Virus record (IMG/VR): IMGVR_UViG_3300012924_000011
Location: 1-55,283 of that record
Length of the DNA: 55,283 bases
Source: a virus
Taxonomy: Duplodnaviria > Caudoviricetes
Reading direction: 5' to 3' (one strand)
The position numbers were made by a program, and so were the translations under genes. Under the pieces are notes generated by a model. The model did no database searches, had not been told where the DNA came from, and worked only from the letters and a program-made list of their open reading frames with translations. This document shows, piece by piece, positions 10,197 through 19,550 of the stretch (its first letter is position 1; every line of letters begins with the position of its first letter).

Positions 10197-12779
10197 ATGT
10201 CCGCACTCGACACAATCCGTGATGCGTTGTTTGGTAATCCACCTGTTGCCGCTTTCAAACCATCGCGTGAAGGTGTTTACACTGCGTTTGGTGAATTGTA
10301 TTCGATAGCGCTATCCGCAATGAACGGTGTTGTGCTCTATACAACGAAAGCGTTGATGGACGCTGACACGACGCGCGCGCCGGGCACGCAAGCACGTGTT
10401 ACGTTCGACTCGACGCCCGCAAACAATAAAAATTACATTCGCAATAGTGCTGGCACGGCATGGGTGACGGATGTTGATTTTTATAATGCGGTTGCTGCGG
10501 TGGTTCAACCGTTGCTCGATCTCTCTCGTAATTGGGCGTCGCTCGCTTCCGGCCCGGTCGATAACACCAACTATCCCGGCATATTGTCTTCGCTGCAATA
10601 TGCGCAGCTTTCCGGTCGATATGCCAATTCCAACACCGACGTTGATGTCACTGGTGGTGCGGCCGGTGAACGTGGTGCGAAATTCCTCGCGGCGCTGTCC
10701 GGCCGTTTCGCCAATGATGCAACGGATGTTCAAGTTTCTGGACAAGCCGACACCACGGCGCGTGGTGCGAAATATTGGTCCTTGCAAGCTGCAATCGCAG
10801 CCGGGGGCCTATCGACGCTTGGTGTCGTTCTTCCTGCGATCCCGGTCGATGCTGCGGTTTTTGCCGAGTTCACGAAGAACAAATATTACAATCAAGGCGC
10901 AACGTCGATCGTTCTCGCTACGTGGTTGAGCAGTTTGTCAGGCACTTTCACCCGTAGCGGTTCATCGACCTATATCAATTCGAGCGGGCTTCGCGTTGCC
11001 GGTACAACCAATACGCCGCGCCCATCTTATAATCCTGTCACCCTTGCGCCGCTTGGGATCATGTATGAAGCGGTAGCTGCCACTCAAATCTTCACCAACA
11101 CCGACGATATCACCACGGTTACATGGCAATTTGCCAATTCAGGCACCGTAAGAACGTCCAATGTTGCGACCGGTCCGGATGGCACAACTAGCGCTGATTT
11201 TCTTAAGCAAGATGCGACCACCGGTATACATGATATGTGGTATCGTGAACCGACCGCCACGATTACGAGCGGTTTGTTTTATGCTTTTCAAGTATGGATG
11301 AAGCCGGGCGGAACGACTAAGATCAATCTATTACCGTATACCGGCATGGGGCTTGGTGGTGTGGTAACCGTGGATTTCACGGCAGGGACCGTGACCGGTA
11401 CGGGTTGGACTATAGAGGCGTGGCAAAACGGGTGGTTTAGGGTTTGGAAATCCAGCACCGCGACCACGACCGGGACTTCAGATGTGCATTTCTACTTGCT
11501 GGATGCGAGTGGATCGAATAGTTTTGCGGGTGATAATACTTCGGGTGTGTATTTCGGCGGCATTCAGTATGAACAGGTTGCTACGGCAGGTGCACCGCCG
11601 ACTTCATATATCCCACGGGTCACTTCGGCTGCTACGCGCGGTGCCGAAGCGTTGACATTCACGATCCCGACCGGCGTAACGAAGTTGACATATACGCTCG
11701 GAAACGGATCATTTGCACCGGTCGCAACTGTTGCACCGGGTGCCTATACAATTCCGGCACTAACTCAGACGTCAATTCAGAGTTTGATTACTGTCGATCT
11801 AGCAGTTGTCGGCTCGCCCGTCCTATCCGTGGCTGGTATGACCGGTGCGGTTATTCTTCTTCAAGCGCATATCGGCGGATTGACGGTAACCAGCACGCCA
11901 ACATTTCAAGGGCTGAATATTACGAACGAGAATATTTCGCTTGGTGGCTCAATTCTCAAGAATATCTCTGCTACCGGTACTTTCCAATGGACCACCGGTG
12001 CGACGGCTCGCACCGACCGCTGTGTTCTCATAGGGTCAGGGGCGGCTAACTCCGTGACCAGCGCTTTCCAGAACAGCGGCCCGATTATCGGAAATGATGC
12101 TGTCAAGAATACGGTCACGCTTGCCACGTCGGTGGTTCTTGGCGATACGGCTGGTGGTAGTAGTCCGCTCGTATCCGGGTCGGTCCTGATCGGTAATGAA
12201 GCCGGAAACGGCCCGTCGATCAGTGGTTCCAATATCATCGGTAATTTGTCCCGCTGTGGCTATACAGGGGCAACCGTGACGCGATGCGATGTCATGGGGC
12301 AAAGTGCCATGCTCAACAACGGTTGCGTTGATACCGTTGCGATTGGTCAATCGGTCGGGCTTGGCATCAATCCGACCGCTGGCAGCACGATCAATCAAAG
12401 TGTTATGCTCGGATCGCAGGCCGGTAAGTTGTCGGGTGGTGCGACGATCACCAATTTGATCCTGATCGGTTACAACATTCAGGCACCGACCGCGACAACG
12501 AGCAATTATATCTCGATCGGTGATGTTTTCGTTGGAAGCATGGCCGGAACCGTACCGGTCTTCACTGTGCAAAAGCCCGGTGGTGCCGCTGCGGCTTTGG
12601 CAGCATCCCAATTCCGTCCCGGTGGTGGAACGCCCATTTGGACGAGTGGAACCGGATCGCCTGAAACGGTGCTGACTGCTCCTATTGGTTCGATGTATAC
12701 GCGCATTGATGGCGGTGCCAATACAACGCTCTACATTAAGGAAAGCGGGGCCGGGAACACGGGTTGGATCGCCAAGTAA
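10197..12779 (+). CDS. Tail fibre / receptor-binding protein
   Basis: 860 aa, Thr/Gly/Ser-rich; TFTRSG...PR...G..YE spike module; Gly-rich beta repeats; C-terminal GSPE.V.TAP.GS.Y.R.DGG...TLY.KESG.GNTGW motif. Confidence 0.85.
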   Translation: MSALDTIRDALFGNPPVAAFKPSREGVYTAFGELYSIALSAMNGVVLYTTKALMDADTTRAPGTQARVTFDSTPANNKNYIRNSAGTAWVTDVDFYNAVAAVVQPLLDLSRNWASLASGPVDNTNYPGILSSLQYAQLSGRYANSNTDVDVTGGAAGERGAKFLAALSGRFANDATDVQVSGQADTTARGAKYWSLQAAIAAGGLSTLGVVLPAIPVDAAVFAEFTKNKYYNQGATSIVLATWLSSLSGTFTRSGSSTYINSSGLRVAGTTNTPRPSYNPVTLAPLGIMYEAVAATQIFTNTDDITTVTWQFANSGTVRTSNVATGPDGTTSADFLKQDATTGIHDMWYREPTATITSGLFYAFQVWMKPGGTTKINLLPYTGMGLGGVVTVDFTAGTVTGTGWTIEAWQNGWFRVWKSSTATTTGTSDVHFYLLDASGSNSFAGDNTSGVYFGGIQYEQVATAGAPPTSYIPRVTSAATRGAEALTFTIPTGVTKLTYTLGNGSFAPVATVAPGAYTIPALTQTSIQSLITVDLAVVGSPVLSVAGMTGAVILLQAHIGGLTVTSTPTFQGLNITNENISLGGSILKNISATGTFQWTTGATARTDRCVLIGSGAANSVTSAFQNSGPIIGNDAVKNTVTLATSVVLGDTAGGSSPLVSGSVLIGNEAGNGPSISGSNIIGNLSRCGYTGATVTRCDVMGQSAMLNNGCVDTVAIGQSVGLGINPTAGSTINQSVMLGSQAGKLSGGATITNLILIGYNIQAPTATTSNYISIGDVFVGSMAGTVPVFTVQKPGGAAAALAASQFRPGGGTPIWTSGTGSPETVLTAPIGSMYTRIDGGANTTLYIKESGAGNTGWIAK

Positions 12780-12801
12780 TTATCAGCAAAAGGATAAATC
12801 G

Positions 12802-13488
12802 ATGGATCGTCTTACGATCAAGCAACTTCAACGTAATATCGGTGTCGCCGATGATGGTGTTTTTGGTCGCAATAGCACAGCGGCGTTGTTCGCCAAGCTA
12901 TCGAACAAACATGCGCTCGCATTGACCAATGCTGATTACGTGGTCGCTGCATCGCGCCTTGGCGTTCCGGTCAATCATATCAAGGGCGTTCGCAAAGTCG
13001 AAGCGCCGCGCGGTCCGTACGATGATGATGGCCGCCCATCGATCCTCTATGAACGGCATAAGTTCCGCAACAACACCAATCCCGTTGGTCGGTTCAACGC
13101 GTCGCATCCCGATCTATCCGGTCCGGCATATGGACCGGGCGGCTATGGGGCGTTCAGCGCTCAATATGCCAAGTTCGCCGCCGCCTGCGCCTTGGACCCG
13201 GAAGCGGCGTTCAGGGCGTGCTCTTGGGGTGCATTTCAGGTGATGGGGGAGAATGCGACGGCGTTGGGCTATGACAGCGCCTATGCCTTCGCCATGACCC
13301 TTGTCGAGGGCGAAGGTGCGCACTTGGATAGCTTCGTTCGCTATGTCGAGGCGAACCACCTTGCCGATAAATTCCGGGCCTGTCGGCCGGGCGATCCGCG
13401 AAGCTGCCAGCTTTTCGTTGCGGGATATAACGGGCCGGGCTATCACCAGTTTGGCTATGACCAAAAGCTTGCCGCTGCGATAGTTTAA
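12802..13488 (+). CDS. Endolysin, N-acetylmuramidase (DUF3380-like) with N-terminal peptidoglycan-binding domain
   Basis: LQR.IGV.DDG.FG.NS binding motif; VE...ILYERHKF...SWGAFQVMGEN...YNGPGY...YD.KL. Confidence 0.92.
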   Translation: MDRLTIKQLQRNIGVADDGVFGRNSTAALFAKLSNKHALALTNADYVVAASRLGVPVNHIKGVRKVEAPRGPYDDDGRPSILYERHKFRNNTNPVGRFNASHPDLSGPAYGPGGYGAFSAQYAKFAAACALDPEAAFRACSWGAFQVMGENATALGYDSAYAFAMTLVEGEGAHLDSFVRYVEANHLADKFRACRPGDPRSCQLFVAGYNGPGYHQFGYDQKLAAAIV

Positions 13489-13493
13489 CAAGG

Positions 13494-13943
13494 ATGAAAG
13501 TCGCCATGGGGGACGTTCCGGGGATTGTGATTTCGAGTATGGAACGTGCCCCATGGGGATGGGTGTTGACGGTCACTGTGATCCTCGCGCTAATCAAGAC
13601 ATGGCCGATTATCCAATTGCAGGTTTTGAACGCTCGCGCTGTTCTTCGTGGTGAAGAGCGCAGCGATCTTCACAACTGCAATGAAAAGGTCAAGGAATTA
13701 GACGGTCGATTGACCGAGACGATCGCACGTGTTCACGCGATTGAAATGAAGCTGTTCGGCACGGTCGCCGCATATCGCATTCTTGAAGCCGATACTGAGT
13801 TGAATTCGCCGGGATCGCCCGCGTTGATCCAAGCGCGCGCGGTGTTTCGCGAAGTTTGGGATACGATGGCCCCCGTTCCGTCCGATATTATGGACATAGT
13901 CGCAAAGGCGAGACGCAATGATGACGCTTTGGGAATATCTTGA
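13494..13943 (+). CDS. Membrane protein of the lysis cassette (holin/antiholin candidate)
   Basis: One N-terminal TM segment plus coiled coil; follows the endolysin. Confidence 0.5.
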   Translation: MKVAMGDVPGIVISSMERAPWGWVLTVTVILALIKTWPIIQLQVLNARAVLRGEERSDLHNCNEKVKELDGRLTETIARVHAIEMKLFGTVAAYRILEADTELNSPGSPALIQARAVFREVWDTMAPVPSDIMDIVAKARRNDDALGIS

Positions 13944-14334
13944 TCGCATTGGGCAACGTCGGGCGAAGATCGCTATCGAGCGGCCCTTGAATATTCGTCT
14001 GTTGGCGAATGTGATCGGTGTTTCATTGGTGTTCGGTTTCCTTGGCGCATTATTCGCGTTGTTCGTCATCCCAATCCCGCGCGGCAACGAACAAATCGTG
14101 ACGTACATGATCGGTCAATTGTCCGGCTTCGCCGGTGGTATCGTATCTTACCACTACACCATGTCTGCCGGTCAAAAAGAGTTGGATGCCAAGCGAGCCG
14201 ACACAACCGGCAAGACGGTCGAAGCTTTGGGGGCGGCGGTCACTGCGCTTGCACCGACGCCAGTTGATCCAAAGCCGACCGCGATCCTTCAACCCGGTGA
14301 AACTGCACAAGCTGCCGAAGAGGAACCGTCATAA
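13918..14334 (+). CDS. Holin candidate (2 TM)
   Basis: Two hydrophobic segments, IP.GNEQ....IG.L......VSY motif. Confidence 0.65.
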   Translation: MMTLWEYLDRIGQRRAKIAIERPLNIRLLANVIGVSLVFGFLGALFALFVIPIPRGNEQIVTYMIGQLSGFAGGIVSYHYTMSAGQKELDAKRADTTGKTVEALGAAVTALAPTPVDPKPTAILQPGETAQAAEEEPS

Positions 14335-14708
14335 TGGGCTTCATCATCACATGGCTGACCGGCAAGGTCGGCGCGACATTCGCAAAGCCGATGCTATTCA
14401 CCGTGATCGCGGTGTTGATCGCGATCATTGTATTCACGTTGGCAAAATGCACCGGTGGTGATAACACCGCGCAACAGCAAGCCACACAAACGACACGATC
14501 CGGCGATGCCATGGCCAATTCGGCATCATCCGCCATCGGGACGGTTGAAAATCGGCATGATGCCGATGCCACCGGCGACGCCGCTGTTGCCGCAACGCAA
14601 GGGAATATCGACAATGCGCAAAATCCCGATGATCTTCGCGGCGCTGTCCTTAACGGCGTGTGCCGGAAAACAAGCCATCGTAATGATCCCGCCTGCAAGG
14701 TGCGCTGA
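14334..14708 (+). CDS. Inner-membrane spanin (Rz-like)
   Basis: N-terminal TM, Ala/Gln-rich periplasmic part, C-terminal Cys pair; overlapped by a lipoprotein gene. Confidence 0.7.
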   Translation: MGFIITWLTGKVGATFAKPMLFTVIAVLIAIIVFTLAKCTGGDNTAQQQATQTTRSGDAMANSASSAIGTVENRHDADATGDAAVAATQGNIDNAQNPDDLRGAVLNGVCRKTSHRNDPACKVR

Positions 14709-14946
14709 TCTTATCCCCAAGGGATGGTCGGACGGCGTACCGGCTGCGGCGGTGCCTGACAATGCCCCGGTGGTCATGGGAGCGCCATTGACACCGCAGA
14801 TCGTTGCCGCGATCATCGCGCCATGGGCAAGCGCCTATGTCGAACAAGATAGTCAGATCGACAAGGCGAATGGACGCACCGCCGACACGATCAGCATTGT
14901 GCGCGAGTGTGAGGCACAAGCCAACGCAGCGCGGCCCGGCAAGTAA
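14614..14946 (+). CDS. Outer-membrane spanin lipoprotein (Rz1-like)
   Basis: MRKIPMIFAALSLTA-C lipobox, Pro-rich, overlaps the 3' end of the Rz-like gene in another frame. Confidence 0.8.
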   Translation: MRKIPMIFAALSLTACAGKQAIVMIPPARCADLIPKGWSDGVPAAAVPDNAPVVMGAPLTPQIVAAIIAPWASAYVEQDSQIDKANGRTADTISIVRECEAQANAARPGK

Positions 14947-14958
14947 CGCCGGGCCGCG
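14930..14958. terminator. Hairpin between convergent genes (probable terminator)
   Basis: CGCGGCCCGGC-aagtaac-GCCGGGCCGCG 11-bp stem. Confidence 0.65.
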
Positions 14959-14965
14959 TCGGCTG

Positions 14966-15337
14966 TTAGTTTGCGCTCGCTTCGTCAAGCGCCGTGATAA
15001 TTTCATCGGCGTCAAAGTCGAACGTGATATCTTCGATATCGTCGGCATTATTCACCGCGTCATAAGCGGTATCGAGCGCCTGAACGGCGGCTTCGATGTT
15101 CTGCCCGCGCTCGGATGCCTGCAACCCTTCCGAAAGATTGTCGAATTTTTCCTGTTCTTCGTCGCGTAGTTCTTCGATCATCGTTGCTGCGTCGGCGAAG
15201 ATGCCTTTATAGTCGCTGATCTTTTCGTTCAGGTCAGCAATCATCGCGTCGATTTCGTCGCGAGCAGTGGCAGCACCTTCGATATCCTTCATGATGATCG
15301 CGATGCGCTTGCGTCCGTCTGCATTCATGGCCGTCAC
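14966..15337 (-). CDS. Acidic coiled-coil hypothetical protein
   Basis: EEQEKFDNL.E.LQ.SERG motif familiar from phage hypotheticals; GGAG SD; downstream of a repeated promoter. Confidence 0.75.
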   Translation of the reverse strand: MTAMNADGRKRIAIIMKDIEGAATARDEIDAMIADLNEKISDYKGIFADAATMIEELRDEEQEKFDNLSEGLQASERGQNIEAAVQALDTAYDAVNNADDIEDITFDFDADEIITALDEASAN

Positions 15338-15355
15338 TCCGTTGTTGGTGTGATC

Positions 15356-15384
15356 GATTTAATGGTCATTGCGATGGTCGTCAA
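15356..15384 (-). promoter_or_regulatory. Repeated early promoter, copy 1
   Basis: TTGACG-accatcgcaatgaccat-TAAATC, 17-nt spacer. Confidence 0.8.
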
Positions 15385-15707
15385 GCGCTAATTGCGATGA
15401 TCATCCAAATAATTTTGTAACCAATGTGCATCGTTTGATCGGCAGTGGTTCCGTACCATTTACGGCCTTTGCCGTAGTCGATCATCGCATGTGCGACCGT
15501 CTCGGCAACACCTATCATCCATTGCCCGGTCACCAGCGCCACGATCCCTCCATGAATCAACGAATGGCACAGTAGCGCGTGAAACCATCCGGATGGATTG
15601 AAATCGGCGCGTTTGGCTTGTGATTGATAGGCATCCTGCAATCCAAAATCGGCGAACGCGTGCCCGGCAATCATAAGGAAGAGCATTTGCCCGGCATGGT
15701 CGATCAT
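15381..15707 (-). CDS. DUF3307-like membrane protein
   Basis: H..ADF.LQ...H..IHG...H..ID..K...DQ..H pattern. Confidence 0.8.
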   Translation of the reverse strand: MIDHAGQMLFLMIAGHAFADFGLQDAYQSQAKRADFNPSGWFHALLCHSLIHGGIVALVTGQWMIGVAETVAHAMIDYGKGRKWYGTTADQTMHIGYKIIWMIIAISA

Positions 15708-15943
15708 GCCTTGTCACCACGATCGGCCATAGCGAGCATGATCAAACATGCATCCCAATGAGTAGCGGCCTTGTAAACAAATTGGCCACCGATCACGTCG
15801 CGACTGTGACGCATCAATCGATCATCGCTTGCGTAATAATCACCAAGTGGCAAGGTCGCTGCGATTTTTGCGGCGCGTTTTTCACGATGTTCGCGATCCA
15901 TGCGAATATGGTCAAGTGTGGTCATCGTCATCGTATCATCCAA
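15704..15943 (-). CDS. Hypothetical protein
   Basis: Overlaps both neighbours in a coupled chain. Confidence 0.55.
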   Translation of the reverse strand: MDDTMTMTTLDHIRMDREHREKRAAKIAATLPLGDYYASDDRLMRHSRDVIGGQFVYKAATHWDACLIMLAMADRGDKA

Positions 15944-18200
15944 TTATCAGTTTTTTCGCCTCTCCGACGTACCAATCATGATTCACGTTGTCAAATCGGA
16001 ATGATCGCGCATCGTTACATTCGGCAATTTTCCAACCGGCTTGAATGGCGGTTTCGGTGTTGCCATATTTCGTCTTGCTCTTCGTGCAAACGCGTTCGTC
16101 CCATATGCCACCTGTTTCGCCCATTACCCGGTCATATTCCGCCTTGGTGATCCGTGGTGCTCGCTTCCATTCGCCGATATTGTGCCCGGCTGGTGGTGGT
16201 CGCACGATGGTCATGTTGCTACCGTTGGTCGCGACGTAATAACGCGTGGTGCCTTGAATGGGGATGCCGCCTAGCAATAGTTGCGCACTGCGATCAGCCT
16301 TCACCCGACACATGAAGTCGAACGGATCGCTATGGGCGCGAATGAACGTGTCGGGATCGATCCCTTGCACCATGGCAGCGACGGCTGCACGCTGGACGAC
16401 CACCGGGTTGAAATCCTTGTACCAGCACGGCGGCGACGCATTGCTGATGCTGTTCGCGTAATCGAGTGGATCAGGATGCCAATAAGCGCCCTTTTGCTTC
16501 AACTTCGCCGGACCGTTGGCTTTGATAATGATCGGATCACAATGGCATCGTTCAGGTGCGCAATGACAGACAAGATCGCGACCCTTTAGTTTGGCCACGT
16601 CCAATGTCGGTAATATCTCTCGTTCAAAGCGATCGCATACTAGATCACGATCGCCGTGTTGGCCGATAATGAACGGATTACCGTAAGGTGATCCACGCCC
16701 GCAATATATTGCGTCATCCGGGGCAGTTCCCGCTCGTATATTGTGTACTCGCGGTAATGTTCCCTCCGCGACATAGTTATTTACGTCTCTAATCCACATT
16801 CTACGATATTCGGCATATTCAAGCTTGAGGCATGTGTAATCCTGCCATTGCCGTTCAATCTCGCGTGCGTGTTCGATCATCGTATTGTGAATGCGATAGG
16901 TGATACCGTCCGTGTTAACCTGTATCATTTGCAGCGTCGGGACGGTTGCCAATCGTTCTGCCAACATGCAAATCATCAACTGCCCATTGATAGGAATGGT
17001 CATCGCATATTTCGGGTCAAGGAATACGCTATGCTTGTTGTTCGATTGCCCCCATGGGCCATTATTGGCGAGTTTCAGTGATGCATTTTCCATTGTTCCC
17101 TTGGCGTATAAATCGCGTTCGGCACTTATTTGAGGATAAGCTATTCTGAATGCATCGCCCAAATGTTCGGGTGCCAATCCGTTGACTTGCGATATGCTAG
17201 GATACAGCGCTTTCACATCAATGTCGTGAATTTCCCAACCATCACCAGCGGCGAAACGCTGGCGTTCAACAGACGCGTGCATGCCGCCCGTACCGAACAC
17301 GAAGGTCAACCCGCCGACGTTCGCGGTGACGCCGGTAAAGACGCCTTTGGTCTTGATCGACGCATCGGGATCGTCAAGGTCATCGGGCGTTAAGATTTGC
17401 CCGCACATGAAGTCTAGGATACGTTGGAATTCGGGATGCGTGAAGTGGATATATGGAAAAATGATATCTGCCAGTGCAATCCGATATCGTGGCGTTTGGC
17501 GCTTTGCCTTTCGCCCTGATGATCGATCATAGCACACGTCGTCACCAAGACGTTCTTCAAACATCTTGGCACCGATTTTCACGTCATTGTAATTGAGCGG
17601 TTCAAGCGGGTGTGTACCAAGCTTGCCGATTAGCCCAATGCGGAAGTTGATTGCGGGTAATGAATAGTGCGCAAATCGCTTGGTTTCGATCACGTCATTG
17701 ACATTGTAATCGATTAGCATCTGGACGTTTTGTGCGCCGACCGGTTGCCCGAATGGAAGCGGGCAATCCATCACATTCGGCGCGCGCATATTGATTTCAA
17801 GCGCTTTGAGACTGGTGCCTTTCGCCTTGTTATCAAAGTGATGGATACTGAACAAATCAATTTGCGGCGTGAACCGATCCCGTTCCCAAATGACGTTCGA
17901 CCAATCGTGAAAATTGTCGGCTAGCGCTCGCGATCGTTCATATATCTGTTCGACAGTCGTGTTAGGATGGGTGAAGATGTAGTGCAGCAATGGATAATCG
18001 AATTTCAGGTTGAAAAACCCGATCATTGGTGTTTGTGTTGATTGCAACCATGTAAGCCATTGCATTAGCGCAAAACGATCGTCCCGATAATGTGATATCT
18101 CCCATGTCGAACGCACGTCGCTATGAAGCATTTCCGCCGTAAGGGTGAAAATGTCAGGAAACGTTTCGCAGTCATAACAAACGGCGTTCGACAGGTCCAT
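15936..18200 (-). CDS. DNA polymerase (family B-like) with 3'-5' exonuclease and an inserted DUF4326-like domain
   Basis: Exonuclease YDCE, FN..FD, YN.ND; polymerase D.DV..LYP, KL..NG.WG, NTDG, RDVNNY, K.KG. Confidence 0.92.
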   Translation of the reverse strand: MDLSNAVCYDCETFPDIFTLTAEMLHSDVRSTWEISHYRDDRFALMQWLTWLQSTQTPMIGFFNLKFDYPLLHYIFTHPNTTVEQIYERSRALADNFHDWSNVIWERDRFTPQIDLFSIHHFDNKAKGTSLKALEINMRAPNVMDCPLPFGQPVGAQNVQMLIDYNVNDVIETKRFAHYSLPAINFRIGLIGKLGTHPLEPLNYNDVKIGAKMFEERLGDDVCYDRSSGRKAKRQTPRYRIALADIIFPYIHFTHPEFQRILDFMCGQILTPDDLDDPDASIKTKGVFTGVTANVGGLTFVFGTGGMHASVERQRFAAGDGWEIHDIDVKALYPSISQVNGLAPEHLGDAFRIAYPQISAERDLYAKGTMENASLKLANNGPWGQSNNKHSVFLDPKYAMTIPINGQLMICMLAERLATVPTLQMIQVNTDGITYRIHNTMIEHAREIERQWQDYTCLKLEYAEYRRMWIRDVNNYVAEGTLPRVHNIRAGTAPDDAIYCGRGSPYGNPFIIGQHGDRDLVCDRFEREILPTLDVAKLKGRDLVCHCAPERCHCDPIIIKANGPAKLKQKGAYWHPDPLDYANSISNASPPCWYKDFNPVVVQRAAVAAMVQGIDPDTFIRAHSDPFDFMCRVKADRSAQLLLGGIPIQGTTRYYVATNGSNMTIVRPPPAGHNIGEWKRAPRITKAEYDRVMGETGGIWDERVCTKSKTKYGNTETAIQAGWKIAECNDARSFRFDNVNHDWYVGEAKKLIIG

Positions 18201-18410
18201 TTAGTATCGCCCGCCTTCCGCGCATTCATCGATGCGCGGCGGTTCATGGATTTTGAAATGTGCACGCACAATCGTAATCGCTCGATTGTACGCGTAAGCA
18301 CGCCCGCGTGCCAATGCTCTACCGGTTTCGGTGGTGAAGATCACCGCTTCATTTGCAGCAAATGCGCGGTTGTTTTCAAGCTTTGCGATCAGTTCATTCA
18401 CGTCATCCAT
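18201..18410 (-). CDS. Hypothetical protein
   Basis: 69-aa ORF with AAGGA SD, abuts the polymerase start. Confidence 0.6.
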   Translation of the reverse strand: MDDVNELIAKLENNRAFAANEAVIFTTETGRALARGRAYAYNRAITIVRAHFKIHEPPRIDECAEGGRY

Positions 18411-18429
18411 GTGATCAGTCCTTCAAATG

Positions 18430-18465
18430 AAAACGACGTGCCATCGATTAGAATGGCACGTCGTC
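18430..18465 (-). terminator. Rho-independent terminator after SSB
   Basis: ACGACGTGCCAT / ATGGCACGTCGT stem followed by TTTT on the minus strand. Confidence 0.7.
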
Positions 18466-18538
18466 ATCAAGCCAACAATTGATGCATAATCCGCCAGTGT
18501 CGAACTTGGTCAATGGCCGCCCCCCACACTGGCGGCAA

Positions 18539-19549
18539 TTATCGAGGGGGCATCATACCCGGCTGCATCGGTTGAGGCTGCGGCGCGTATTGGGGTTGCA
18601 TGGCAGGCTGCGCCGGTGCCATCATCGGTTGACCGGGTGGCGGTGCATACTGCGGCTGCATGACAGGTTGAGGCGCATAGCCCGGCTGTGGCGCGTACTG
18701 CGGTTGACCAGCATTGGCGACGAAATCCGGCGCGGGGGCAGGCAAGCCGGGCTGCGCCGGTGCCATCATTTGAGGCTGTTGATAGACCGGGGCGGGCTGC
18801 ATGACCGGTTGAGGCGCATAGACGGACGCAGGGGCCGCATAGCCCGGCTGTGGCGCGTATTGCGGTTGACCGGGTTGCATGCCCATGCCGGGCATCCCGA
18901 CGCCGCCCGGTTGACCGATCGGTGTAGCGCTCGCACCGGCCGGAAGCTGATGCTGTTGCCCCTTGAACATCGTCATGGGATCGGCACCACCTTGTGCGAT
19001 GATTTCGGTTCCATAACCGACGAAATCGACGCCTTCCGGATTGATGTAAAGGCTTGGTGTTTCGGTGCGATCGGTCGGGACGTTGACCTTGCACGTTGCG
19101 CCGATCGATACGTAATCGCCGGTCCTGATCGCATCGGCGGGCAATTGATTGTACTTCGTGCCGTCCCATTTGAACAGGCCGGGTGCCTTCAACTCTGTGC
19201 CATATGTCAAAACATAGCAACCGGCATAACCCTCGCGAAGGTTATAAGGTTTGCCCTGATCATCAAGGCCGTCGCCATCGACATATTTCCACGCGAACTT
19301 CGGCGGTGTGGTCGGTTGACCGTTTGATTGTGCTGTTGCTGGATAGGCGGTTGCGGCCTCTTGGCAAAGAACAGGCCAGATATATTGTTGAAACGTCGCT
19401 TTGTCATACGCGACGCCAAACGTCCAAGCTTGGCGCGGTTGACCTTGTGTGTTCAACTTCGGTTGCTTGGTGTTGCGGTCGGTAACGGCGCGGGGCTTCA
19501 AAGGATGCCCCCAAACCAAACGACCAACGGGTGCCGTAAATTCAATCAT
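18539..19549 (-). CDS. Single-stranded DNA-binding protein with a long Pro/Gln-rich tail
   Basis: PVGRLVWG...DGD...REGYAG...I..GDYV......LYINP..V.FVGYG.EI pattern of phage SSBs; AGGAG SD; lies between the Cas4-like nuclease and polymerase. Confidence 0.75.
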   Translation of the reverse strand: MIEFTAPVGRLVWGHPLKPRAVTDRNTKQPKLNTQGQPRQAWTFGVAYDKATFQQYIWPVLCQEAATAYPATAQSNGQPTTPPKFAWKYVDGDGLDDQGKPYNLREGYAGCYVLTYGTELKAPGLFKWDGTKYNQLPADAIRTGDYVSIGATCKVNVPTDRTETPSLYINPEGVDFVGYGTEIIAQGGADPMTMFKGQQHQLPAGASATPIGQPGGVGMPGMGMQPGQPQYAPQPGYAAPASVYAPQPVMQPAPVYQQPQMMAPAQPGLPAPAPDFVANAGQPQYAPQPGYAPQPVMQPQYAPPPGQPMMAPAQPAMQPQYAPQPQPMQPGMMPPR

Positions 19550-19550
19550 G

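Noticed and set aside
16515-16755. Intein or intron in the polymerase
   Set aside because: No N-terminal Cys/Ser or His-Asn splice junction, too short for a Hint domain, and the frame is uninterrupted.
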